64,000 nt of DNA from Ramazzottius varieornatus (Eukaryota > Animalia > Tardigrada). Below are positions 37,849-50,739 of the stretch, one piece after another. Position numbers and translations under genes: made by a program. Location: positions 7,328,149 to 7,392,148 of the forward strand of contig BDGG01000001.1 of assembly GCA_001949185.1 (NCBI GenBank), read 5' to 3'. Each line of letters begins with the position of its first letter. Position 1 is the first letter of the stretch. Below the pieces are notes generated by a model. That model searched no databases. It had not been told where the DNA came from and saw only the letters and a list, made by a program, of their open reading frames with translations.

Positions 37849-38159
37849 ACATCACTTACAGCGGTTATTAAGATTTATGGTTGATTGTCAGACGTGGTCG
37901 AGTTGATTGACGTGCTCAAAGTGACCGGACCTTCTGAAGAATCTAAACGACTTTTGAATCTCGATCTCCTCGCCGCTCCAGCGTCTCGAAGTTCGTTGGA
38001 ATATCCGTCATTACTGTGGAGGTTTCAACGAGAACTTGCGGAGATCATTTCGGAATTTCTGGTTTGTGAGATCATTGGCCAGTTGTTGAACTACTCAGCA
38101 GCTCAAGGTTTGCGCACCGACCTTCTTCGACGGTTGACGCTGCGCCGTTCCTTGAAAAA

Positions 38160-39884
38160 ATGGTACGTTGTGGGGTTTTGGGATCATTTAATCTCAGCTA
38201 ATTCTTTCTGTCTTGCAGGCGAGAAATGCGGAGAAAGCAATGTAAGTTTCGACTGGAACGAACTGTTTATTCTTCGGACATGAGCAGCTTCTGTTTCGTC
38301 AGCCTTCCACCAAGTCCATCACTCTTACACGTGGGGTTTTCATTATCCTTCTCCTTGCAGGACAGCTCTGGCCAGATGGCACAAGATGAAGACTGACGAA
38401 TCGAGAGGAATTGGAGTGAGTGACTCTTGGGGAGGATTACACCTTGTTTTTTTCCGTTGAATCTTTACGTGATTTTTATTGCGTTCTCTAGGAGCGTCGT
38501 CCCTACCTAGCGTCTTTGTGCACAGATGTCAAAAAGGCCGAAAGATTCCGAGTGGATATAATCAGGGAGATCAGCAAAAAGATGGAAGCCATTCAAAACG
38601 GTAATATTCAAAGTTCATGTTAATTCAATAATTATTGTAGTATAATTGTGCCCGTTAGCGAATGACGTAATGTTGTGACGTCATGTACAACATGAATGCG
38701 CGATGCAGCGCTAATAGTGATGTTCTGTGATCCCATATCCTGTGTGCACAGTACCGTTTTATTGCGTGTTTGAATGGTTTCCGAATTTCGTTTGTTGGTG
38801 GTCTGAACAGTATAAAGTCACTTTTAGCTACATCTAACGCGCGACGTATGTTTCAGCTGGTCTGGGAGAATTCCGGCTGCGGGATTTGAACGACGAAATC
38901 AACAAGCTGTTACGTGAAAAAGGCCATTGGGAACGTCAGATAAAGAAATTAGGAGGGAGAGATTTCCATGTAAGTACACTTCCCACCATTTCATAATAAC
39001 CTGAAACGCTTGCTTCCGATCTCTCGGTTGATAGTGGGTGTCGTTCTTTGTAGCGAACACCACTGGTGACGAATGACGAGGGACGGGAAGTGCCTGGTCA
39101 GTATGGCTACAAGTACTTCGGGGCTGCTCGAGACCTTCCTGGTGTCCGAGAGCTCTTCGATAAACCAGTGGAGACTCCGACAAGGAAGACTCGAGGGGAG
39201 CTAATGCAGCATGTCGACGCCGAATACTTCGGTTATAGAGATGAAGAAGACGGCGTCATCGTCCCGCTGGAGCAAGCGGAAGAGAAGAACGCCATAGAAA
39301 AGATCGTAGCAGAATGGCAGGTCAGTCTTTCTCTTAAAACTCGTGTGCCATATATGGAGACTTATAACTGACCATGGAATTAATGAGACAGTGGCGATGT
39401 AATGATCAGATCAGATTTTGATTTTTGAAATTTGTTTTTGGATGCTGCGCGAGTTGAGCTGGGAAATGGGGGTAGACTGGGCAGAAATGGACAACGGTCT
39501 AACACGTTATTTTCGTAACAGGAAAAAAAGGACCGCGGAGACTTCGACCGACCAGACGAAGAAGAAGACCTGTACATCAAAGCTAATATCGACGCGTTGG
39601 AAGAAATGGTACCCGACGAGATGGAAGTTCTGGAAGTGGAAGACGGAACTGGTCGGCATCTCATCACAGTCGACGTACCTTCTCAGCAAGAAGTAAGCCA
39701 CTCTGAATTTTGTGTCTCTTTCGGGGTGAAGTATTGGGTGTGGAACTCCAGCACGTGTGGCGTGTTTCAGGTGGAAGACGCCATCATGAGGCGAAAGAAG
39801 CAGGAGCTGCTGGAGAAGTACGCCAGTGAAGCCCTGATCCAGCAAAGCGAAGAGTCAAGAGCCCTGTTGGGAGGTCGTGGTTAG
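38160..39884 (+). CDS. ISY1: Pre-mRNA splicing factor ISY1
   Basis: M|[96 protein letters not shown]. Confidence 0.95.
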
Positions 39885-41244
39885 AAGGTACTAGTACTTT
39901 ATTTAAACAGCTGCGCTTTATCGTTGCGCGGTTTTTTGCACTCCTTTTTTGTGGCTGGTCATTTCGAAGTCTAATTGAGATGGCCGAGCCAAAACGTGTC
40001 GACGATCTGCCGACTTTTTTTAATTAGTCGACTTTCTAATTGCCCTGTTGACGCACGTTTTCTTGGTCGGCAGATCTGTCTGCGCGTTTTATAGACACGA
40101 AATAACGTCTGAAGTACCGAGAATAAACTAACGACTTCCAAGAGGACAATGATGGGGCGGTTGTAGGAAGTTAATTGGACATGCGTTGAGGACGCGACAG
40201 GATGTGTGAGGGTTCCATGTGAGTTCGCGGAGGACGTGTGCGCTCTACCATAGCCCACATGTAGCCACTCACGATGGAGTCCAGATCCTAATTTAGTCCT
40301 CTGACGTCATACTCTGCATCGTTGAACGTTCCAGACCAACGAAAGCTCCAGTTTGGCCGGAAACGCATTATTGACGGTTTACTAGAAGACCTACGGCGCT
40401 TCACTTGGCATCGTTGCTTCCTTACGACACTGTGGAATAAAAAATCAGTTTCTTATGAATGGAATTTTGAACCGAAAATTTGAACTTTGGTCTCATGCAG
40501 TCCTTCTTGCTGTCTGCGTAAGACTGTCCGCATTCGTCACAAAATGGGCCGCTACTAGAGAAGCTATGGGGAACTGACTGAAAGTTGACAATGACAAGTG
40601 TTGACAGGAGCTTTTCTGGTACACATAAATATCTGCTCACGAAATCGTAAAAGATGCTGTTAGATAAGAGATGACACATGTTGCCGCTCACTAATTGCTA
40701 ATCATTTTACTAACTTTGTACTTTCAGTTCGCCTGCACTCTGCAGGCATTTTCTGTTGGCCATGACATTTTTCTAGTCATTGATCTCCGATGTTCGCGCA
40801 TTTCTTTTAAAGCATTTAAACGATCCTAGTAAACAATTCTACATACCAGAAAATTCTCACCTGTTGTCTTGTGTGGTATGAATGACTCTCCGAAATCTCC
40901 GGTGATTTCTGGCACGGTCTATTGTGTGGAGTTTGTCAATGAGGGTATGCGGTACTTGACCCGCGTGGAATAGCGCGTAACCTGCTTGTTAGCCTGACCA
41001 CCTGCGGCGAAGCCGGTTCAAACCTCTTGTATGAACTGATACGTCCTTGGAATACTACCTTTTAGGCCTTTATTACCTTGTTCAGATATTGATAGATTTT
41101 GGTTAAATTACCTTCTCGCTCGACACACTTGGTGTCGTGTTCTCTTGTTTGTGACTCCAAGTACCGTAAGAGCTTTGAAGTACGCGCGTCCAACAAACCT
41201 CCAGTTCTTCAGTTTATCCTGCTGAATATCTCTCCCAGTCCACA

Positions 41245-44200
41245 ATGTTCTATTTGATGGGCTCTGAGAATATTTTGTTATTGTTGATAGTATCTGTTGT
41301 TTCCTCATGGGCTGCTGATACACGTAAGTCTTTCGAAGCAACTCCATGTTCTCAAAGTACCAAGTCTCGAAAGTTTGTTGGTAAGTTCCTAGTATTGTTT
41401 GTGGGCTCGGTTCGCGGAAGTCAATTCGCACACTGTGAACGTGTTCTTGTACAGAGTTACCTGTTACGATACACCCACCAACGGATGCGAATGGCGGAAC
41501 CCGGGACCTAAATTTGAACAAGGATGGAGACAATATTTGCCGGAAGGAAGCATGCGTTACACGAGGTACATTGGTCAGTTTTATTTCTCTTGAAGATCTA
41601 CCGCAGGAAAAAGTTGCCTGTGGCACTCCGTACTGACGGAATTCATTCGCGGGACAAACTTTCTGCAAACGGATGTTGCGCGTGTAATCAGACCGATAGA
41701 ATCTAACAAAGTTCGAAATCTGTAGCAGAAGTCCACGTGAGTCCTTGCGATTTTACTATTTGATATTTTCAGCCGCCTTGATGCTGCAGTCAATGAACTC
41801 ATCCGTGGACCCCTGCACAGACTTTTTCGAGTATGCCTGCGGCAACTGGATGGTCCTCAATCCCATTCCGCCGGACTATGCCAAATGGGGAGTTCTCCAA
41901 CAGATGCAGCAGCAACTGTTTGCCAAGCTGAGAGGTACTGTGAGAACCTTCATTAAAATTGTGCCTTATTGACATTGAATACGTAAGAGCAATCTAAACC
42001 CTGCGGTGATGGCTCCTCAGTCACCGGTATCGATTTACGTGACAGGATCATTGTCGTCTTTCTTCACCTTGGCTGTGAAATTGCGCACCTGTTTGACAGC
42101 CAGTCTGTTACGTTATACTGTAATAGTTTTATTTTTATGCGTTGATAGATCTTATGGAAAGCAACGTAACGGACACCTCCACTGCGCGCCAGAAAGCCCG
42201 ACAAATTTATGCAGCTTGCATGAACCAAAGTACGTGACACTGCCCAATTTTAATTTTCCAGACGAAAGGCTGAATACTTAAAAGTCAGCAACGCCTCTGT
42301 TGATAGCATAGTAACTGAAAGAAGGTAACGAAAGCGGGACAAACGTAACGATAGTTAGGACGTGGGGACATGGTTTGTCGCCAGATGGTTTTCTGAAGTG
42401 GCGCACACCACCACTCAAAAGCGATGAAAACATGCGCCAATTGTCCCAACGATCTGGCATGTTGGACCACGGTTTGATGAGTGGCATATGCGGCTCAAGT
42501 CTACCAGATAGTGCGTTGCAGGTGCCATTGAGGAAGCTGGTTCGCGGCCCTTTCAGGCCGTTGTCCATAGCGTAATGGGATCGTGGCCGGTGTTGGACCG
42601 TGGGTGGAACGCCAGCCAGTTCAACTACTTGAACACCTACCGCAAAATGGGCCGTGAAGGTCAAGGTTATCTCATTGCCGCCTACGTCTCGGCCAACCAG
42701 GAGAACCCCCGTGAGAATATCCTCTTTTTCGACGAGACTTCGCTGGGTCTACCCTCAAAGAAGATGTACTACCGAGCCGCCTCCGAAAAGACCCGGAAGG
42801 CCTACATGTCCCTCATGAAGAACCTCACTTCTTTGTTAGCTGAAGACCTCAATGTGACACTTCCGGAAGACCTCGACCATGAACTGAAAGACATCTTCGA
42901 CTTCGAAGCCGCCATTGCTAACGTAAGCTAAAGGGTTTCGGTTCTTCTTTCACGTACTTACCTCCTAAAATACCACGTCTTTCAGACCTACGAAACCTCT
43001 TCAGCATTTGTTCTAGAAAGTAATTTTCGCAATGTTCAGCTTTTTGTTTTCGGATTCGATTTCCCCGACAAGTTTCAACTTCCGTAATGAGTTTCAACTT
43101 TTTTTTACGCTAAAAATGTTTTGTTGATCAAGCGGTCTGAGTATTGCCGTATCGGTGTGACAATCTCCCAATCTTCTCACCTGTACAAAACAAATCTGGA
43201 TATTTTTGTACGAATGATCCGACTTTTATTTACTGTTGGTGTTCGTTGGGTTCACTGTACATGCTAAATATTGTATCTGAATCATTTTGCAGGTGAGTTT
43301 TACGGAAGAAGAGCGTCGTGACCCATACCGCACATTCCACAAGATGACGCTGGAGCAGTTCCTCGACGAGCATTTCAACCGTACCTTCAGCAAAGAAGAG
43401 TTCCTCCACGCCCTGCAGATGGTCCCCTCTAACTCGTCAGTGGGTGCGGCCATCCAACTGAACATGACAGTCAACGTTGTCAACCCCACTTACTATCATC
43501 GTCTGGACGAGATGCTGGCTGGCAAGTTAGCCGGCAGCAACGTGTCGGAAGGCAAGCGCTTCTTGGCCAGCTACTTGGGCTGGCGGATGCTCCTCAACGC
43601 CGCGGGGCAAATGTCAAGACGCTACAGGGACGCCGCGTTTGAGTTTGACAAGGCCTACTCGGGAGTGAAGGAAGAGTCACCGCGCTGGAGGATTTGTGTA
43701 GACTACACTAACTCAGCCATGAAACTGGCTATTGGAAGCATTTATGTGGACACATACTTTGGAATGGACGCCAAAACAAAGGTAGGAAGCATTGCAACAA
43801 AATGTCTCAGTANNNNNNNNNNNNNNNNNNNNNNNNNNNNNNNNNNNNNNNNNNNNNNNNNNATTTAGGCCAGGCACGTGTATATTAATACTTAAGCTAC
43901 GAGTTTTGTTGCCACACAGTTACGAATCTTAGAAAGAGTTAACCGTCAGGAATTTCGGAAAATGGATTTGTGTTAGAAAAAGGTCGGATTATTTTTTTTC
44001 TGTAGTTGCTGGCGTTGGTTGGGGACATCAAATCGAGCTACGAAACGATACTCAGAGAAATTAACTGGATGGACGAAGAGACCAGGGTACGGGCCTTGAA
44101 AAAACTGGACGCCATGTACGAGTATATCGCTTACCCGGACTTCATCTTACAAGATGTCCCACGGCTGGACAAGTATTACGAAAAGGTATGGTCTTGTGCT

Positions 44201-45624
44201 ACTCGTCTGTGCAAGTGAGGACGGAACGAATTTGAGGATTTTTTCTACAGTATCATATCGGAAATGTACATTTCGAAAACGATAAGAGGATTGATATCGA
44301 GTCAACCGCGAAGGCCCACGAAGAGCTGCTGAAGCCAAGCTTGCGAACCATCGATGAGAAGGTGGCGCCAGCTACTGTCAATGCCTATTACTACCCACAG
44401 AAGAACATCATCGGTAAGGACAACCACCTTCCTCAAAATTCTCCCGTTTGAAAATAATTGAATTCTTTCGGCTAGCCTTTCTTGCTGGGATAATGCAGCC
44501 ACCAGTTTTCCACAAGGACTACCCCGAGTATCTGAACTACGCTTCGCTTGGACAAGTGTTCGGCCATGAGATGACACACGGCTTTGACGACAAGGGTACT
44601 TGAGCGTCCGGAACTTTGCTGCCTGACGATGACTGTTTGGGTATTCGTTCATAGGTTCCCTATTCGATGAGGAAGGACGGTTGTTCGCCTGGTGGACCAA
44701 CACTTCCCGCGCCAATTATATGTCACGAGCCAGGACCATCGTTGACCAGTACTCTCAGTATAGTACTTCAGCCGGTAACCTCAACGGAAACCTGACGTCC
44801 GGCGAGAACATTGCTGACAATGGTGGTGTCAAAGAAGCTTACATGGTACGATAACTGTTGTACCTTGACTTTTTCGCGACTGAGCAAGATTATTGTAACA
44901 TGGCTGGCGTTTTCCACAGGCGTTCAAACAATACATGAAGCGACTCAACGACACCATGCCACCCGTCCTACCGGGCCTGGAGAACTTTTCCGTCGATAAA
45001 GTTTACTTCCTCGCAAGCGCACAGGTAAATTGACAGTACACGCACGACGAGAGATTATGGTACAGTAAAAATTATGATACAGGCCTTTTCACTACGGCGG
45101 TACCGAAGCACGTACGTACGCGACCGATTCACGTTAATACATTCTTCGACACTCTACGGTTGAATTTCCATTTTGCCGTCCTTTCCGCCTGTCCCTTAAT
45201 TTCTACTGTACCATAATTTCTCTTCTTGCGTGTACAGTGAATTTAAGCTGTGTCAGACTGCTATTCGGCACCGCCTTGACTGGTGCAAGAATAGCCGTCA
45301 AATAATCTATCGAAGTATTGTAGAAAATTGGTCGGATATGTACTGCTGGCGGTTTAGACTGAATGGTTGATTGACCACAGAATATATCAAGAGGCTCCAA
45401 ATTGCTGTTCACAAAACACGATCAATTTTTCTTTCTTTTTGTGACAGACGTGGTGTGGATACTACCGACCAGAGTACCTGAACAACAATATTCTGTTGTC
45501 GGTACACAGTCCGTATCCCTTCCGGGTAATGGGTCCACTGTCCAACCTACCCGAGTTCGCCGAAGCCTTTGACTGTCCAGCGGGCTCGCTGATGAATCCA
45601 GTCCATCGCGCCGGCGTCTGGTAA
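41245..45624 (+). CDS. Neprilysin-like M13 zinc metallopeptidase, predicted secreted
   Basis: Signal-like first exon; ICRKEAC, VDPCTDFFEYACGNW, VNAYY, GHEMTHGFD (HExxH), GENIADNGG, HSP; ends NPVHRAGVW*. An assembly gap lies in an intron. Confidence 0.93.
42370..42460. repeat. Hairpin family 1 copy, neprilysin intron
   Basis: gaagtggcgca[42406-42432]tgcgccaatt. Confidence 0.85.
43813..43862. other. Assembly gap (50 N)
   Basis: Run of N. Confidence 1.
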
Positions 45625-46402
45625 CGTCCTTAAGAAAGTTTGAGCACTTTGGTGGTTGATTACTTGCCAGCTGCATCAGCTTGAATCTCATTGTCTTATT
45701 TATTTTATCGTTTTATTTTACTATGCATGATATTGTTGTCCTTCTTCTTTGATATGTCATTGTATACCCACACTTCGAAACTGTTCAAATACTGGACTGT
45801 TAAAAAATGCTACTCCCTTATGAACCTCGGGAAACTGCATAATTACTTAAATTTAAAAGAAACCAACATCCTCAAATTTTCCTTTTCAAATAACGCGATC
45901 TACCTCGTGGCCCCTTGAACCAACATTGGGATTGGAAGGAACCGCGATCACAAGAGTGGTTGACATAATGTGTGCGACGGACCATGTCTATTCGAACGCC
46001 GAAAAAAACCCCATGCAGTGGCGTGATTACTTGATGGTGTGCTTGCTGCAGCCCACAACAATATCAACCGCGGTTTTGCTCGAAGACCCGATCTTCGCGT
46101 GCGGTCGATTAGTTTACAACACTTTACGATTACGCGAGGGGAAATAACTCTTGCTGATGTCAGAATCAGCGACAGATGTCGGTTCAGGGACTGGACACGA
46201 ACAGTAACTTGAACTGTTACTTCTGAAAGATTTTCCTTGGTGAATGTCCTAATTGCGTTTCTAATATTGTTATAAAATGGATCAGAAAGGTTTCCACGAC
46301 GGAAACACGGTAAAAGTTCTGCAATCGAGCTCCAAGTTCAAGTTTGTGGGAAGTTGTCGTGCTTAGCGTACAGTATTCGCAGCCAGGAATACGCGAACTA
46401 GC

Positions 46403-48903
46403 ATGCTTTCAAGGAAGCTGTTCTCGTTAATTCTCGTTGCCGTCCTGCAGTCAGCACTTGGGCAATCCATGTTGGGTGCGAATGGTATGTGTTAAAGTTT
46501 CTCACCCTACCAAGTAAACAGAGAATATGAACGGTGATGATGCAATGTTCTAGCCCAGGAGAAAATTGTTGGGTTGCGAGATGGGGTCGGGCAGGATTGC
46601 AGTATCGTTCTGACTTGACGGTCAGCTGAACCCCGGAAGGAACCCCAAAGCTGAATGCTGAAGGACAAAAGATTTGTTCAGCATTGCTAATGTGATTCGT
46701 TGTTGGTTCGGACAGGCAATGTTATCTGAGCATTGCCGGAAGTAGGATTTGTAGAATGGTCAGAATGTTATCCGAGTGAGTTTGTCGTTTGATTCTCGCT
46801 TATGGTTGATTGTTACAGCATTCACGCAGTTAGCATCGCCTTTACATTCCTGTCCGTGGTTTTAAGCGGCGAAAACTTGATTTGGTAGCCACAAGCCTTT
46901 CAGTAGTAATAATGTATGAAAATCTGGAAAATACTGCGGAGAGAGTGGACGAGGATCTAAGAAACTAGGCTACAAAATGCCAACAGCGCAGGGCCAGAAA
47001 AGGCGAGACAAAATTAAGCATATTCCTCAGTTTAAATAATTTGAACCGTCTTTGCGGTCTCCGTGGCCGATTATTTTAAAGTGCCAATGATGCGGGACAG
47101 TTTCGGGTCCGGGTGCGTGTAAAGAGACCGCGCGGATGGTGGGTGAAATATCTGGTCAACGTGTGTATCGATCGGCTGATCGCTATGACTTGACACATAA
47201 CAGCCAAAACGGCGCGTACCGAACGGATTCTTTACGCGGACCCGGACCAGTCTCGTCTCACTTCATTGGCACTTTAAACTACCTGTTGCTTTTTAATGAC
47301 AATCTTATTCGCTCCCTTTCTGGAGCTTTTGTTGTTTGTAATTTTATCTACTTAATTTTGTCTCGCCTTTTCTGGCCCTGTACTATTGGCATTTTGTAGC
47401 CTAGTTTTTCAGATCCTCGCGCACTCTCTCTGAAGTATTTTCCAGATTTTCATAAATTATTACTATTGACCGGCCGAACGGGGTTTCGGGATCTGGATAC
47501 TATAAAGTACCACCCAAGTGTTGCCGACCGGACGGTACAGTCTGGACAATGCCATAACCAACACCTGATAACAAGCCGTTCTCGTAGGAAGCCCTTCGTT
47601 CGGTACGATAGGCGTCTGCGTAGCTCAATCCGACCTTGACACCGGGTGTTTGGCGCTGGCAGCTGCCCAGTTTTGGGACTGCGGATCGTTCGAAGGAAAC
47701 TGGTGCCGCTATGGTCGATCCCTTTCTATTGCTTGCTTGTTCATCCAACAGTGCTCGAACAGTCTAACGTTAACAGTTTACCGTTTTTAGTGCCTCCTGG
47801 ATCGAACCTACCACCCGCAAGCTCCTCCTGCAGCTCTACACCCACGTCGTACTACACCACGCCACCCGTTAATACTCTCTCACGGACCACGCCCAATACC
47901 TTCACGTCTACCACGCCGTTTACACCACTGACAAGTGGCACGACATCCGCCACTTTCACCACCTCGACACCCACGACGCCGATAACTGGCACAACAGACA
48001 CCACTCCCAGCAGCATGACGACGCCTGTATTCACATGTTGGACTCCAACGACCAACACCAGCACCACGCCTTCCGGCCCAACGAGCAGTACCACGCCATC
48101 TAGTACCCTTACCACATTACCAGTATCGCTATCGAGCACGCCTTTCACAAATGCTACCACCCGCGTCAGCATTATGCCTTTACACCAGGATTTGCTACCA
48201 GTGCAACCACATTCACCACCAGTCCATCTACCACCGCCACTCCGTCTTCCAGCGCAACTACTCCATCGGGCTCGTCAACCAGTAGGCCATCCACTACCAG
48301 TCCACCAACACCTAAGCCTTCCACAGCAACAACTTTCTCTACCAGTCCCACTCCCATCGACTCAACCATCCGTACCACGCCTTTCTCCGGTAGCACAACG
48401 GCCACATTGACCAGCACCTTTTCCCCACCTTTCACATCAGAAATCACCTCTAGCACCCCATTTACTCTCACGGTCTTATCAACGGAGAGGACGGTAACAC
48501 CAAGTACCACCTCCATCTACCACACTGTCTACCACCGCATGGACGCCTCCATCCAGTGCTACCACGTCCACAACCAGCAGCGGCACCACATCACTGCCGT
48601 TCAATTACCCGACATCGACACTGGGCATAGTGTCCACCACCACAAAACCGTGCATTGCTTATCCTTCTTTGCCACAATGCCTAATTGTAAGCCAATACGG
48701 TCTCGACCATTACGTGGGGACTGAGTAGTTACCACAAGAATAGACCTGCCCAAGGTTACGCTGCAGCCGGCTTTGGACAAGCGATACCTGCACAGAGGCC
48801 TCTGTCACAGTCGGCAGTGATGGGTAACGTAGTGCGACCACAATCGATGGAACATCCTTGGCTGGATGACTTCCCTGGTATTTTCGGACGTCCCGGTAGA
48901 TGA
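46403..48903 (+). pseudogene. Cys-domain mucin cluster gene 1, probable pseudogene
   Basis: Signal peptide MLSRKLFSLILVAVLQSALG. The KCCRPDG exon is split by an insertion, WCRY replaces WCCY, and the Thr-rich frame shifts near 48178 and 48515. Confidence 0.7.
46901..47468. mobile_element. Fold-back/MITE-like element, 568 bp, with long imperfect inverted repeats
   Basis: ~120-bp TIRs (cagtagtaataatgtatgaaaatctggaaaatact...gcgagacaaaattaag / cttaattttgtctcgcc...tccagattttcataaattattactattg) plus an inner IR (tttaaagtgccaatga / tcattggcactttaaa). Confidence 0.88.
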
Positions 48904-49559
48904 TCGTGAATGCTACATCGCTGCGATCAAACAGCCGACCCGACTCAATTCAATAAAAGCACGTTGCACTATGTGAGGCCAGATGGTTTATTTTCCAGCG
49001 TTAGCAGTTCTGTCTGATGTCCGTAGAAAAGGGGAAAGCCATGTTGATGGGCATAATCATATAATTTCCGCTCCTGTTACGCAGTTGGACAGTCCAGCTT
49101 GGACTAAGTACGTACAGCTCGGGCATGCATGCTGCATGTGGAATCATGGCCGTGGGTTAACTGGCAGCCTGGATCTTTTTGCAACAATCATCACTTTGAG
49201 AACGCTGCTCCAATTGTTGCTCCGTCTTAAGAGGTGTATTGAGAGGCCGTAGACGTACATACTATTTTTACTTTTGCTTTATTGCACAGCAATATTCTCA
49301 GCTGATAACAGTATAAATCATAAGTGAAAATAGGTCGCACGGAGCCCCGGATTCAAGATAGAAGCAGCATAGACTCAACGTATGCACTTTTTGAAGTACT
49401 TTGCACGATTCGGAACGAACGATACAGTGTTCACAATAAAGAAATATTTATTCGCGCCAAACAAGCGATTTATTGCACCTTTGAGTCCACAAGTCATCAT
49501 AATGCAAAGAGGTGCAGCCGTGAAATGATATTCTTGTCAGACACCGTTTACACCGACTG

Positions 49560-49908
49560 GCGGGCCTAATTATTGGCCTGGAAAAGATTTCTGGCCGCTG
49601 ATTTCCGAATCAGCTGCTCCGCCAGCTGTATTCGGTTGCGGTTGGAACAGAACTGGCTTTCACCACGCATTAATTGCCGCTTTACGGCCTCTACCTACAC
49701 GGAGAACCGAACGTTTTGCAGAGGTCTTCCAACCATTGTGAATTTGATTGTCGTCTGAGTTACGTGGGACCTTTCGTAGTTGACAATAGTTTCGCACAAT
49801 TCCACCCGCCATTCCTTCCGCCACCGCACGAACGGAATTTTTCAAGCTATCCTTCGTATACCTTGGCTGTCTCTTGCTCTTAAGACCTTCCGGCATTTTC
49901 CAGAACAA
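49560..49908 (-). mobile_element. Possible degenerate pogo/Tigger-type transposase N-terminus (HTH remnant)
   Basis: RQPRYTKDSLKNSVRAVAEG...CQLRKVPRNS resembles psq-type HTH starts; the frame is interrupted by stops. Resemblance judged by eye only. Confidence 0.4.
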
Positions 49909-50739
49909 GTTTGCTCAAGTTGGGAAAAGAAGTTCGAAATAAGAAACAAAATCTGGAATGACACTGTATTCCGCATAGTGCACTGCAAAATTTTACTTGC
50001 TGACGTCACAGGGCTAGTTTCTGTTACGATACAACAATCTCTGCGTTAAACTGCCGTCGGCCCGTCCGGCCAGAAATCTTGTCCAGGCCAATAGTATCCA
50101 GCCGCGTGAGCCGTTTGTGGTCAAGGCCAGCAGAAGCTGTTGACCAATGCCTGTCAGCGTAATAACGCGGCGCGCTACGAAGGCCGGCTTATACCGCCTG
50201 CGCATAGTCATCAGCACCATTCGGACTTACATGTCTTCATGCAACACCGGCTGACAACTGACAAGTGTTTTCCCATTGTTTGAAACGTAATTAATGACAG
50301 CAAACGGATCTGTGATCGAAACTCACCTTCGATTCGGAAAGCATTGATCAAAGCAGTCTCGAGAACTCACGCTGTGATATTTCAATGTCGGCGCACGTAA
50401 TGTGACACTGAAAGTGGTGCACAAATCAGCCTAATTTTGAAGCAAAAGCTCGAACGAATTCAGCTCATTGTAAAACAAAATGACATCTCACATTTTACGT
50501 TTTAAAACTGCCGGTCTCAGGCACAGAAAAACAAGACCTATTGCACCAAAACAAGCGTGGTGCAACTAATCATTTAGGTCAGCTCAAGCTCAGTGGTACC
50601 ATGGCTCTACGGAAAGAAAACTCAAAACTTCAAACCTACGTATAAGTTGAAATCTGTGGGTTATGTTGAGGCACCCAAAAATTTTAGCGGACGTAGTGCA
50701 GGGATTTATCTGCCGTCGAGATAATTGGTTCTACCAGCC

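Noticed and set aside
46901-47468. Fold-back element acting as a self-made (introner-like) intron
   Set aside because: The nearest internal acceptor (ttttccag, ~47445) leads to an in-frame TAA before the exon resumes.
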